In this document: positions 21,153 to 31,000 of the stretch, one piece after another
How positions within the stretch are numbered: the first letter of the stretch is position 1
Layout of the letters: every line of letters begins with the position of its first letter
NCBI GenBank assembly: GCA_963790875.1
Contig: CAWBQT010000008.1
Location: 295,792-359,791, forward strand
Source of the DNA: an uncultured Alphaproteobacteria bacterium
GTDB taxonomy: Bacteria; Pseudomonadota; Alphaproteobacteria; ATCC43930; CGMCC-115725
Reading direction: 5' to 3'
Length of the DNA stretch: 64,000 bases
Program-made: the position numbers and the translations under genes
Notes under the pieces: model-generated
Database searches by the model: none
What the model was told of the DNA's origin: nothing
The model's input: only the letters and a program-made list of their open reading frames with translations

Positions 21153-22799
21153 TCAGCTGTTGACAGCGGTCTGAGCTTGTGAGGCTTTCCAGGCCCAGGG
21201 AAGCAACGAGGCGAGTTCGTTGGCCTTGGTCTTGCCGGAGACGACGCGTTCGAGGACGTCGCGCAGATAGGCAAACGGCTCGACGTCGTTGAGTTTGGCG
21301 GTCTGGATCAGCGAGGCGATCATTGCCCAGCTTTCGGCACCGCCATCGGAGCCGGCGAAGAGGTGGTTTTTGCGGCCGAGTTTGATCGGCCGGATAGTGC
21401 GCTCGACGGTGTTGGAATCGACCTCGACGCGGCCGTCTTCGAGGAACAGGCTGAGCCCCTGCCAATGCCGCAACGCATAGCGGATGGCGTCGGCCAGCTT
21501 CGATTTGGCCGAGACCCGGCCGAGTTCCTGCTCGAACCAGGTCTTCATGGCTTCGAGCAGAGGCTTGGTTTCGGTCTGCCGGATATGCCGCCGCTGGTCG
21601 GGCGGGCGGCCGCGGACGCGCGCCTCGATGGCGTAGATCTCGGCGATGCGGCGCAGTGCTTCGCCGGCAATCGGTGATCCGGTGGCCTCATGGAAGTCAT
21701 AGAACTTGCGCCGTACATGCGCCCAGCAGAACGCTAGTGTCACCGCGCCTTTTGGGTGATCCCCGGCGAGGCGGTTGAAGCCGCTGTAGCCGTCGACTTG
21801 CAACACCCCGGTGAATTCGGCGAGATGGCTGCGCGGATGCACCCCCTGGCGGTTCTCGCTGTAGACATAAACGACGGCCGGCGGATCCGGCCCGTGCCAT
21901 GGCCGATCGTCGCGGGCGTAAGCCCAAAGCCGCCCGGTCTTGGTGCGGCCGCGGCCGGGATCGAGCACCGGCACCGGCGTGTCGTCGGCGAAGATCTTCG
22001 GCGACGACAGGACCGTGCCGAGCAGCAACTCGGCCAGCGGCCGCAGCCACCAGCACGTCCGTCCGACCCAATTCGCCAAGGTCGAGCGGTCGAGATCGAT
22101 GCCGTGGCGGGCGAAGACCTGCGCCTGGCGGTAGAGCGGCAGATGTTCGGAATACTTGGCCACCAAGACCTGCGCCAGCACCGCCTCGGTGGCGATGCCG
22201 CCGGTCAGCGGGCGCTCCGGCGCCGGCGCCTGCACCACCGCCGCCTCGCAGCCGCGGCAACCGTAGCGCGGCCGGCGGATTACTTTGACCCGGTACTGTG
22301 CCGGGACAACGTCGAGCATTTCCGAGACGTCTTCACCGATCACGTGCAGCGGTCCGCCGCAGCACGGGCAGCTCTTGTCGTCGATATCGACGATGACCTC
22401 GTAGCGCGGCAGATGCGGCGGCAGCGCACCGCGGTTGCGCTGCGGCGGCCGGCGTTCGCCGGGCGTCTTGGTTGAGGCGACGGCTGGCGCCTGCGCGGTC
22501 CCGAGCGACTGCTCGACCTCTTCGAGGCCCAGCTGCAACTGGTCCGGATCGAGCGTCTCTGACCGGCGCCCGTATTGCGCCCGCTGCAGCTGCCGGATCA
22601 TCAGCCGCAGCTTGTCGATCTCGGCAGCCGCCGTGTCGCGCTCTGCCTGGGCGGCGTCCCGCTCGGCACGCAAGCTGTCCCGCTCCGCTCGCAACCGCTC
22701 GACAGCGCCGGTCTGATCTTCCAGGAGTGCCGTCACCGCCGCCAGCCGAGCCTGCAGCTGGGCAGGATCTTGTGGGGCTACAGCGGCGCTGGACAGCAT
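21153..22799 (-). CDS. tnpC: IS66 family transposase (TnpC)
   Basis: 548 aa. Has the zinc-finger-like CPCCGGPLHVIGEDVSEMLDVVPAQYRVKVIRRPRYGCRGC and LPLYRQAQVFARHGIDLDRSTLANWVG. Confidence 0.95.
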   Translation of the reverse strand: MLSSAAVAPQDPAQLQARLAAVTALLEDQTGAVERLRAERDSLRAERDAAQAERDTAAAEIDKLRLMIRQLQRAQYGRRSETLDPDQLQLGLEEVEQSLGTAQAPAVASTKTPGERRPPQRNRGALPPHLPRYEVIVDIDDKSCPCCGGPLHVIGEDVSEMLDVVPAQYRVKVIRRPRYGCRGCEAAVVQAPAPERPLTGGIATEAVLAQVLVAKYSEHLPLYRQAQVFARHGIDLDRSTLANWVGRTCWWLRPLAELLLGTVLSSPKIFADDTPVPVLDPGRGRTKTGRLWAYARDDRPWHGPDPPAVVYVYSENRQGVHPRSHLAEFTGVLQVDGYSGFNRLAGDHPKGAVTLAFCWAHVRRKFYDFHEATGSPIAGEALRRIAEIYAIEARVRGRPPDQRRHIRQTETKPLLEAMKTWFEQELGRVSAKSKLADAIRYALRHWQGLSLFLEDGRVEVDSNTVERTIRPIKLGRKNHLFAGSDGGAESWAMIASLIQTAKLNDVEPFAYLRDVLERVVSGKTKANELASLLPWAWKASQAQTAVNS

Positions 22800-22845
22800 G
22801 TGGTGATTTTACCGGCGTCCTCCGTAATCCAACAGAACTGTTCCC

Positions 22846-23199
22846 TCAGGCGGCCACCGTTGGCGCAATCACTGGCCTTGGTCGCACCCGCGACCACTCC
22901 AGGCCCTCCAGCAACAGCCCCAGTTGGCCGGCACTGAGGCGAATTGTCCCGTCGTCAACCGGCGGCCAGGTGAACCGGCCCTGTTCCAGGCGTTTGTGGA
23001 ACAGGCAAAGCCCGGTGCCGTCCCAATAAAGGATCTTCACCCGGTCAGCGCGCTTCGAGCGGAACACGAAGATGTCGCCGGCAAACGGGGTCTCATTCAG
23101 CGCCTGCTGCACCATCGCCGCCAACCCGTCCAGACCGTTGCGGAAATCCACCGGACGGCTGGCCACCATGATCCGCACCCCGGCTGGCGGCGAGATCAT
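22846..23199 (-). CDS. tnpB: IS66 Orf2-like protein (TnpB)
   Basis: 117 aa, VDFRNGLDGLAAMVQQAL...FVFRSKRADRVKILYWDGTGLCLFHKRLEQGRFTWP. Confidence 0.93.
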   Translation of the reverse strand: MISPPAGVRIMVASRPVDFRNGLDGLAAMVQQALNETPFAGDIFVFRSKRADRVKILYWDGTGLCLFHKRLEQGRFTWPPVDDGTIRLSAGQLGLLLEGLEWSRVRPRPVIAPTVAA

Positions 23200-23609
23200 C
23201 GCAGCTCCCGTACCACCTGCAGCACGCGGCGCAGATCACCGGCGGCAAATCCGTTGCCGACCCGGATCGTCACCCCGGCGCAGCTCAGTTCGATCCGGCC
23301 TGCGCCTTCCGCGGCGAGCGCTATCGCAAGGAAGTCCGTCGGCTGGTCCGCAGTGCCTGTCGTGCCACTCCGAAACTGCCGCCGCCATGCAAAAATCTGA
23401 TTGCGATGCAGTCCGTGCCGCAGCGCCACCGACGTCCCGCTCGCTCCCGGCGCGTAGCTCTCGGCCACAATCCGCGCCTTCTCTGCCGCCGTCCAGCGCC
23501 GCCGCCGCGCCACTCCGGTGATCACCTCCACTCGCCGGAAAGTCTCACGTTCCGTTTGCAAATTGCTGGGCAAACCATCCATATCGGGGCCTCCGTTGAA
23601 GGCCCCCAT
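23196..23609 (-). CDS. tnpA: IS66 Orf1-like protein (TnpA)
   Basis: RRRWTAAEKARIVAESYAPGASGTSVALRHGLHRNQIFAWRRQ. Has a 4-nt ATGA overlap with tnpB. Confidence 0.88.
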   Translation of the reverse strand: MGAFNGGPDMDGLPSNLQTERETFRRVEVITGVARRRRWTAAEKARIVAESYAPGASGTSVALRHGLHRNQIFAWRRQFRSGTTGTADQPTDFLAIALAAEGAGRIELSCAGVTIRVGNGFAAGDLRRVLQVVRELR

Positions 23610-23658
23610 CTTCCCTCCCGCTTCACCCCCGGCAAGGTGGGGTCAACGTGACGCTTAC

Positions 23659-24004
23659 GATTACCGTAACGGGCTCGGGCAATCTTGCCGAGGCTCGCAA
23701 TCGCAGCGCGGGACCTTACCAGGATCAAAATTCGATGGTTCAAGTGCTCGGCAGTTCCGGCGATGAGTCGGCCTATGCGTCTTGGCGGGCAGCGCCGGAC
23801 GGTCGGCTCGTGCGCATTCAGAATGATCCCCAAAGCACTCGAACCATGACAGTTACGCTGCTGCCCGACAATACTTGTCACCTCGACATCGTCGAGCAGC
23901 TAAAGCCGGGTTATAGCGAATACGCCTTCTTGCGCATATCGACCCACACGATCGGATATTTCTCAGCCTATCGTGTGATCCGCACATCCTGCACGATTTA
24001 TTGA
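23659..24004 (+). pseudogene. hypothetical secreted protein, 3' part (split by IS66)
   Basis: After removing the IS and one TSD copy, the frame reads ...HHNLQIT-VTGSGNLAEARNRS...RVIRTSCTIY*, the same frame as 20934..21126. Confidence 0.55.
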
Positions 24005-24515
24005 CCGGCGCGCTGCAAGATCGAACTGGCGGTTCATCCCCTTCCATCCTAGATGACTATCCGCTGGCGCTCTCACGAATGGCATTTCAAGCTCCGAGAG
24101 CAGTCACCGGTCACCCTGTCGCCGAAAAGATCTCGGGTTGCCTTCTCGGCGCTCACGAGGTGCCTGACGGCGCGATGGCCCCGGCAGCTAGGGAGCCGCG
24201 TGCGAAATGTGCAGCGGGCCGCCCCCGGTCATCGGGTCCTCTGCCGGCATCCGGCGAACCCGGGGCCGAAAGGGGTCCCATGCCCGAATCCTACTCCGTC
24301 TGACCTGACGCGCGCGAAGCTGCCGATCGCGAGTCGGCCTGCTAATGCCGAGTCTCCCACGAACGCAGGTCAACCTAAGCGCTCGTTCCGGAATTGGACG
24401 AGACGCTCCGGGATGCGCAGCTCGCCCAGGCGTTCCGGTTCTGATACAGATATACAGATCGCGGGTTGCGCACCACGTCGCCGATCGCGGGATTCCAAAT
24501 GAAATTGGTCAGAAC

Positions 24516-25221
24516 GTCCATATCCTCGTCGTGATTATCGCCTCTAGTAGTTTCTCTGGCCAAGCGGCACCCCAACCCAAGCAATCAGAGATCGTTTCGG
24601 CCAATCAGCTCTTTCAATTTGGGAAGTTTGCCGAGGCCGGGAAACTCTACTCGCGATGCGTCACTCAAAATCCCAAGGACTATCGGGCAACACTGCAGTT
24701 GGGTCGCATCGCATTGCTTTCCAACCGGCTTGACGATGCGCAGAAATGGCTCGGAAAGGCCTTAATCCTACAACCCGGCGACGCCAACGCCAAGGTCATG
24801 CTGGCGGCGATGGGCAAAGTACGCGTCTGAAACTTCTGCGGATAGATCCGCTGCCGTTGGTTAGCGTGCGCGTAAACGGGGGCAACGAGGTCACTTTCTT
24901 CATCGATACCGGGGGTTCTGAGGTTGCGCTCGACAAGGACTTCGGCCAGGAACTCGGCGTCCCGGAATTCGGGGCAGTGCAAGGCACCTTTTCCGGCGGC
25001 CAGCACGCTGAGGTTCAGCAAGGGCGGATCGAGTTCCTCACGGTCGGCGACTGGACGGTAAGGAATCTGCCGGTTGTGATGCTACCCCTGCGCCAGCTCT
25101 CGGAAAGCCTCGGCGCGAATCGTATCGACGGTATCATCGGGACCACTCTCTTCTACCATTTCCTTGCGACCCTCGATTGTCCGCGCGGCCTGCTCGTACT
25201 CCGCCGGAAAAACGCAACTAG
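24516..25221 (+). pseudogene. TPR / retropepsin-like aspartyl protease family protein, 5' part (frame change near 24820, split by IS)
   Basis: TPR-like FQFGKFAEAGKLYSRCVTQNPKDYRATLQLGRIALLSNRLDDAQKWLGKALILQP in ORF 24345..24830. Then VSVRVNGGNEVTFFIDTGGSEVALD (DTG protease motif) in ORF 24746..25264. No clean start codon. Confidence 0.65.
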
Positions 25222-26834
25222 CAGCCTGTCGGACTTAGGTGGAAGCCGACCCAGAATGTGGTAGGTTTGAGTGGGGGATGTGTACTAGGGGCGGGTGGGG
25301 GATGAGCAATTTTCGCCAGGTGGATCGGCAGACGGGGTTTCTGTTGCCACCCTCGGTGGACGAGTGGCTGCCGCAACGACATTTGGCGCGCTTTGTGGTG
25401 GAAGTGATTGACGGTCTGGATCTGCACGAGCTGAGCGGCAGCTATCGCGGGTCGGGCTCGGCGTCGTACCACCCAGCGATGCTGCTGGGGCTGTTGGTTT
25501 ACGGCTATGCGACGGGGGTGTTTTCGAGCCGAAAGCTGGAGCAGGCGACGTACGATTTGGTGGCGTTTCGCTTCATCGCGGCAAACGACCACCCGGACCA
25601 CGACACGATCGCGACGTTCCGGCGGCGGTTTTTGCCGGAGATCGAGGGGCTGTTCGTCAGGGTGTTGTTGTTGGCCCGCGAGATGGGGGTTCTCGGTCTG
25701 GGCACGGTGGCGTTGGACGGGACCAAGATCCACGCCAATGCGAGCCGGCATAGCGCGCTCTCTTATGAGCATGCTGGGAAGCTGGAGGCGCAGCTGAAGG
25801 CCGAGGTGGGAGAGCTGATGGCCAAGGCCGAGGCGGCCGATACGGCGGATCTTCCTAAGCCTGCCCCGGCGAAGGCCGGGGGGATGTCGATCCCCGAGGA
25901 GTTGGAGCGACGCGAAGTACGACTGCAGAAGCTGGCCGAGGCGCGCAGCAAAATCGAGGCGCGTGCCAGCGAGCGCTTGGCCCGTGAGCAGGCGGAGTAT
26001 GAGGCCAAAGTCGCGGCGCGCGAGGCCAAGGCCAGGGCGAGCGGCAGGAAGCCTGGCGGCAGGCCGCCGGCGCCGCCGGCTGCGGGGCCCGGCCCCACTG
26101 ATCAGATCAATCTGACCGACGAGGACTCGCGGATCATGCCGGTGGCGGGCGGCGGGTTCGAGCAATGCTACAACGCGCAAGCCGTAGTGACGGCAGACAG
26201 CCTGTTGGTGGTCGCCAGCGATGTCGTACAAGCCGCGAACGACAAGCAGCAACTCGCGCCGATGCTGGGCAAGCTGGCGGCTTTGCCGGCGGATCTCGGC
26301 AGGGCGCAAACGATGCTCGGCGACAATGGCTATTGCAGCGCCGCCAATGTGACAGCCTGCACCGCGGCAGGGATCGAGCCGCTGCTGGCGCTCGGCCGTG
26401 CGCCACATAACCCACCCTTGGCCGAGCGCTTTGCTCCGGCACCGCCCGCACCGCAGGACCCGACGCCGCTCGAAGCGATGGCGCACCGCTTGGCGACACC
26501 CGAAGGCAAGAAGCTCTACGGCCGGCGCAAGTGCACCCCGGAGCCAGTCTTCGGCATAATCAAGTCGGTTCTGGGCTTTCGCCAATTCCTGCTGCGCGGG
26601 CTCGATAAAGTCCGCGGCGAGTGGAGCCTGGTCACCATGGCCTGGAACATCAAGCGGATCTTCGCCCTCGCCGCCCGGTAAAGGAGCATCAGAAGAGTAT
26701 ATCTCAACCAAAGCGAGATATCGGTCGGAACCCTTGACCAAGTCTCCAACCCGTCAGCATCCCGACGACGGTTGACGCAATGCAAAGCCGCGTTCCATCC
26801 CTCGATAGTTAAATCCAGTCCGACAGGCTGCTAG
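25218..26834 (+). mobile_element. IS1182/IS5-like insertion sequence
   Basis: Perfect 18-bp terminal inverted repeats CTAGCAGCCTGTCGGACT (25218-25235 and 26817-26834, reverse-complemented). The outer CTAG is equally well read as a 4-bp target duplication. Confidence 0.88.
25302..26681 (+). CDS. IS1182 family (IS5-like DDE) transposase
   Basis: MSNFRQVDRQTGFLLPPSVDEWLPQRHLARFVVEVI...YHPAMLLGLLVYGYATGVFSSRKLEQATYDLVAFRFIAANDHPDHDTIATFRRRF and C-terminal FGIIKSVLGFRQFLLRGLDKVRGEWSLVTMAWNIKR. Confidence 0.9.
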   Translation: MSNFRQVDRQTGFLLPPSVDEWLPQRHLARFVVEVIDGLDLHELSGSYRGSGSASYHPAMLLGLLVYGYATGVFSSRKLEQATYDLVAFRFIAANDHPDHDTIATFRRRFLPEIEGLFVRVLLLAREMGVLGLGTVALDGTKIHANASRHSALSYEHAGKLEAQLKAEVGELMAKAEAADTADLPKPAPAKAGGMSIPEELERREVRLQKLAEARSKIEARASERLAREQAEYEAKVAAREAKARASGRKPGGRPPAPPAAGPGPTDQINLTDEDSRIMPVAGGGFEQCYNAQAVVTADSLLVVASDVVQAANDKQQLAPMLGKLAALPADLGRAQTMLGDNGYCSAANVTACTAAGIEPLLALGRAPHNPPLAERFAPAPPAPQDPTPLEAMAHRLATPEGKKLYGRRKCTPEPVFGIIKSVLGFRQFLLRGLDKVRGEWSLVTMAWNIKRIFALAAR

Positions 26835-27264
26835 CCTGGAGCAGTTTGTCGCGGCCTCGGGCAAGGGCGTCGCGGTTCCTTTCTGGATTGCAAGCGACCA
26901 CTTCATGGTGGGCTGGGGTCGTGTGGCGAGGCTCCCGCCTGCGCTCCTCTTCGTTGACACCGGGCTGCAAGGCGCGGGTGTCAAATTGGCCGAGGCGGTT
27001 ATCAAGGAAGCGGGGATCAAGCTCGAGGAAGACAAAGCATCCGAAGGGGCCGGAGCAGGCGGCAAGCTCAAAATCGTTCCGTATACCGTGCGTCAACTTT
27101 CCTTCGGCGGCATACAGGAAGACGACGTCCCGGGTCTCTACGATGGGCCGTTCCCCTGGGAATACACTTTTGGCTTCCCCCTCGCGGGCATGGTCGGACA
27201 CGATTTCTTCAAGCCCTTTGCGATGACCTTCGACTTTGAGGACATGAAGATATTGCTTATGTAA
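26831..27264 (+). pseudogene. retropepsin-like aspartyl protease family protein, 3' part
   Basis: With one CTAG retained, the frame reads ...LVLRRKNATS-LEQFVAASGKGVAVPFWIASDHFMVGWGRVARLPPALLFVDTGLQG... into ORF 26905..27264 (second DTG domain). Confidence 0.65.
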
Positions 27265-27404
27265 ATCGGCTAGCCGCCGTCAAACCATCTATTTTCCCTA
27301 TCGGGTGCTGTAGTCAGGGTTGCCTGGGGCCATGGCTAGCGATAGTTGTTTGGGAGAAGACCTTCGAATTCACCCCGCTCCTGACCAATCGAGCAGGAGT
27401 GTGC

Positions 27405-27815
27405 ATGGACTACCGGAAGGCCTTCGATTTGACGGGATCCGTGGCCGTCGTTACCGGCGGCCCGCGCGGCATCGGCGTCGAGTTGGCTGTAGCGCTTGGC
27501 CCATGCGGGGCAAAGGTGGTCCTGGCGGCTCGAAGATCGAAATGCGGTGGACACGGCTGTCGAAAATCTTGAAGAGACGGGCGTCAACGCCGCCTGCGCT
27601 GTTCTGGAGGGCGCGGATGCGATCGTGGCGGAACAAGGCAAGGTCGACATCCCGTCAATGCCGGCATCGCTCGGCTCAACTCGTGTTTTGGTGTTGCCGA
27701 GCCTTCGGGCGTCACATGACGGCGCAGCGTCACGGCAGAAGCTTCGACTTCCGTGACGGGCGCCATTCTGTCGATCGATGGCGGCTACACCGCCTGGCGA
27801 AACGACTACCGGTGG
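27405..27815 (+). pseudogene. SDR family oxidoreductase remnant (internal deletions)
   Basis: MDYRKAFDLTGSVAVVTGGPRGIGVELAVAL at the 5' end and VTGAILSIDGGYTAW at the 3' end. Only ~410 nt span where ~750 nt are expected, with several frame changes. Confidence 0.6.
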
Positions 27816-27854
27816 TTGTTGCCCCGCGTCCCGATCATCGTGGCCGTGCTGTGC

Positions 27855-29474
27855 TTAGCTCGCGCCGCCCTGGGGCACGAGATAAGTCGCCAAGTGGTCA
27901 TCAAGTGCGGCCATCGTCGTCTCGTCGACCGGGGCAGCGCGAAACCCGATGAAGCCGTCGGGCCGGACAAGGATGGCGCCGCCATCGGGCACGCCGGCCT
28001 CGATCGCGTCGAAGTGTGCATTAGCAGCGTCGACAATCGAAACCAGTTTATTCCAGCGCGCGCGAAGATGGTCGAGACGAGGCGCCGCGCCGAACACGAT
28101 CAAATGGTGGCCGGTACCCCGCAAGCGGTGGCAGGAGGGGAAGCGTTCTCCCGGTGATGGTCCCGCGATAACGGCGCCGGCCTGACCGACGAGCGGGCTT
28201 CCCGCGTACGAGACATCGAGCATCAACCGTCTGCGCACCCCCGCCACCTTCTGCGTCGGATCATCCCCCTGCGGCACGCTGGGCTCGCCTTCGCCGTGGC
28301 ACATCGCGACGAGTCCCATCACGAGGCTGTGGACCTGATCCGACACCTCCAGCACGTGGCGGTCGGCAAGTCCCCGCTCGATCGCGTAGCTGCCGAGCAG
28401 TGACGGCTTTGCAGTACCGCGCAGGACGAGGGCAAGTTTCCAGGCAATGTCGGCCGCGTCCATGAGTGACGAGTTGAGTCCCTCCCCGCCGAGCGGACTG
28501 GACAGATGGGCAGCGTCGCCCAACAGGAAGCGCCGCCCATCGCCCAGGCGCTCGACCAGGCGCCGGTGCATCTTAAAAGGGGAAACCCAGCGGAGATCGT
28601 TCAGCCCCACGTCAACGCCGGTCTTGGCATTGAGCAACGCGCCCAACTCGGCTTCCGTCGGAAGCTCGCGCCGAGTATCAGCCTCGTCGCAATTAACGAA
28701 AATAAGCCAGCGCTCATCCGGCAGCGGCGAGAACAGTACGAACCCAGCCGGCCCTACAACGAGGCGGCCGCATTCGGGCGGGCAGGGAACGCGAATTTTC
28801 ACGTCGGCGACGAAATATCGACCGTCGTAAGTCTCTCCTGTCAGATGCTCCTGCATCGAATGGCGCGTTATGCTATGGCCGCCGCCCGCGCCCAGCACAT
28901 AAGCCGCCGTGACGGTTTCCGTTCGACCGCCGGTGTTGAGCGTCACGCGCACGCCCTCCGGATCATCTTCGATCGACGTCACTTCGGTGCCGAATTCGAC
29001 CTTGAGGCCGAGGCTCTCCAAATGTTCGCGCAGGATTGCCTCGGTGCGCCATTGCGGGAGGCTGCATTGAAACTCGTAGGTGCACCCGCTGTCAGCGAAG
29101 TGCTCGCTCGCGATTTCCCGCAAACCCGGACCTAAGAGTTGGATGTGCCTGATGCGCACGCCCGCGCGAAGGAAGAGTTCGATCAGACCGGCCCGCTCAA
29201 GCATCTCCAGCACCGCTGGTTGGAGAGCGGTACCGCGAGCTTCTCGATGCGGCGCGAGCCTTTGCTCCAAAACGCGCGGCCTAACGCCATGGCGAAGGAG
29301 TTCGCAGGCCGCGAACAATCCAGCCGGACCGGCCCCCACGATCAGGACGGTCGTTGCGGCTGCGGAACCACTATTATGACGAAATCGTTCGTCGAATGGG
29401 GAACCGATGTCGCCAATGCAAGGATCGATGTTGGCCATGGCCTGTACCCCTGTTGGACCCAACGGAACACACAC
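27855..29474 (-). CDS. FAD-dependent aromatic-ring monooxygenase (PheA/TfdB-like) with C-terminal thioredoxin-like domain
   Basis: VLIVGAGPAGLFAACELLRHG dinucleotide motif and GDAAHLSSPLGGEGLNSSLMDAADIAWKL. The start could be 29438. Confidence 0.85.
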   Translation of the reverse strand: MCVPLGPTGVQAMANIDPCIGDIGSPFDERFRHNSGSAAATTVLIVGAGPAGLFAACELLRHGVRPRVLEQRLAPHREARGTALQPAVLEMLERAGLIELFLRAGVRIRHIQLLGPGLREIASEHFADSGCTYEFQCSLPQWRTEAILREHLESLGLKVEFGTEVTSIEDDPEGVRVTLNTGGRTETVTAAYVLGAGGGHSITRHSMQEHLTGETYDGRYFVADVKIRVPCPPECGRLVVGPAGFVLFSPLPDERWLIFVNCDEADTRRELPTEAELGALLNAKTGVDVGLNDLRWVSPFKMHRRLVERLGDGRRFLLGDAAHLSSPLGGEGLNSSLMDAADIAWKLALVLRGTAKPSLLGSYAIERGLADRHVLEVSDQVHSLVMGLVAMCHGEGEPSVPQGDDPTQKVAGVRRRLMLDVSYAGSPLVGQAGAVIAGPSPGERFPSCHRLRGTGHHLIVFGAAPRLDHLRARWNKLVSIVDAANAHFDAIEAGVPDGGAILVRPDGFIGFRAAPVDETTMAALDDHLATYLVPQGGAS

Positions 29475-29504
29475 CGCGCGGGTCGAACGCTCCTGGCCGT
29501 GGGT

Positions 29505-30650
29505 TCAATCGAACAGCGCCAGATCGATCACGTCGCCCATCTTGCAATAGCCGAGATCGCTTGGGTGCAAGCCGTCGCCGCAATCGTAGATCGGCAGCAT
29601 CTGGGTCGGGTGCTCGGGGTCGCGTAGCGCGAGATCGAAGTCGGCGACGCCGTCGAATGCGCCGCCTTCGCGAATCCATTCGTTGACCGCGGCCCGATGC
29701 TTTTCGCGCGTCGGGTTCCAGGCATTGGCCATATAGGTCTCGTTGCCGAACGGGGTCAGGGTCGCGCCGATCAGCTTGATGCCGCGGATCTGCGCCCGCA
29801 CCGCCATCTGCTTCAGCCCGGCGATCATCTGCGCCGCCGTAACTTCCTCCTCGGGCTTGGCCCAGCGGTTGCGCAGATCGTTGGTGCCGAGCATCACGAT
29901 CGCGTGCGTCACGCCGGGCTGCGCCAGCACATCGCGATCGAAACGGCGCAAGCCGCTGTCGCCGCGGATGTCGTGCAGAATGCGGTTGCCGCCGAGCCCC
30001 TGGTTCATCACCGCCATCGGCCGGCCGCCCGGGCGGGCGACCAGGCGCCGGGCCAATTGGTCGGGCCACCGGCAAAAAGCGTCGATCGTCGAGATATTGC
30101 CGTCGGTCAGCGAGTCGCCGAGTGCGACCACGCCGCCGGTCCCGGCGTCGGCCAGCACGTCGACGCCGCTGGCGAAGTACCATTGGTCGGTCAGATTGCC
30201 GATCGGCATCACCGTTGCCTCGGCGAAGTTTCCCGGGGGCGACAGGTAATTGGTCTGGCGGGCGTAGCGGCCGGTAATGCCGAAGGCGAGGGTTATCTCG
30301 CCGGGCAGATAGAGACTGACCGCGACATCCGCCAGCGGTGCCACCTCGAGGTCGACCGGGTCGCTGACGACCAGCGCGCCGGCCGCGATCGTCACCGCAC
30401 CCTCGCCGCCGAAGGTCAACGGTCGCGACGAGCCCGGGACGATGCCGGGGCCCTTGTCGCGCGACGCGATCCGCGCCACGCCGATCGCCAGCGGCCGGCT
30501 GCCATAGGCGTTCGACACGCGCACGCGCAGCCGCTGTCCGCCGAGGCTGATCCGCGGCATCATCCGCAACGTCTGGTTGCTGACGGCGCCGCTCTCCGCC
30601 GGGGCGGGAGCCACCGCCCAGGTGCCGACCCAACGCTTGTCCTGCGGCAT
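29505..30650 (-). CDS. SGNH/GDSL hydrolase family protein
   Basis: VALGDSLTDG (block I), GGNR, and GDGLHPS (block V DxxH). 381 aa. Confidence 0.85.
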   Translation of the reverse strand: MPQDKRWVGTWAVAPAPAESGAVSNQTLRMMPRISLGGQRLRVRVSNAYGSRPLAIGVARIASRDKGPGIVPGSSRPLTFGGEGAVTIAAGALVVSDPVDLEVAPLADVAVSLYLPGEITLAFGITGRYARQTNYLSPPGNFAEATVMPIGNLTDQWYFASGVDVLADAGTGGVVALGDSLTDGNISTIDAFCRWPDQLARRLVARPGGRPMAVMNQGLGGNRILHDIRGDSGLRRFDRDVLAQPGVTHAIVMLGTNDLRNRWAKPEEEVTAAQMIAGLKQMAVRAQIRGIKLIGATLTPFGNETYMANAWNPTREKHRAAVNEWIREGGAFDGVADFDLALRDPEHPTQMLPIYDCGDGLHPSDLGYCKMGDVIDLALFD

Positions 30651-30871
30651 TTCCTGCCTCCCTCGTCTGCTGTCGTAAAAGCAACTCGTTGTAGCTTAAC
30701 TGATGTGAAACCGTGAGTACTGGGTTCCGGACCGACCGGCGCGGAAACGCCGAGCCCGCGCGCCTATCGTAAACCGCGGCGAGCGTCTGGACGAGCGCGA
30801 CCGGGGTCGTCGATGATCCGGGTCATCAGCGTGATGCGAATGCAGCTGACCAACGGAGAAACGACCGGACA

Positions 30872-30955
30872 TTCCCGTTTGCCAAGGCGAAGGAAGCGTA
30901 CCGCTATTTCGAGGGACGCGCCCACTTCGGTAAGGTCGTGATCTCGCACGGCTGA
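30872..30955 (+). pseudogene. MDR/zinc-type alcohol dehydrogenase C-terminal remnant
   Basis: FPFAKAKEAYRYFEGRAHFGKVVISHG* matches only the last ~27 aa of the family. No upstream body. Confidence 0.4.
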
Positions 30956-31000
30956 CGATCCGCGCGATTTACCGCACCTAACCAGGGAGGAAAGCAGAGC

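Larger units (their letters stand above)
21127..23658 (-). mobile_element. IS66 family insertion sequence, complete (2532 bp)
   Basis: Ends begin GTAAGCG on both sides (21127 gtaagcgggg; 23658 reverse-complement gtaagcgtca). Flanked by the 8-bp direct repeat GATTACCG at 21119-21126 and 23659-23666. Carries the three-ORF tnpA/tnpB/tnpC set. Confidence 0.93.
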
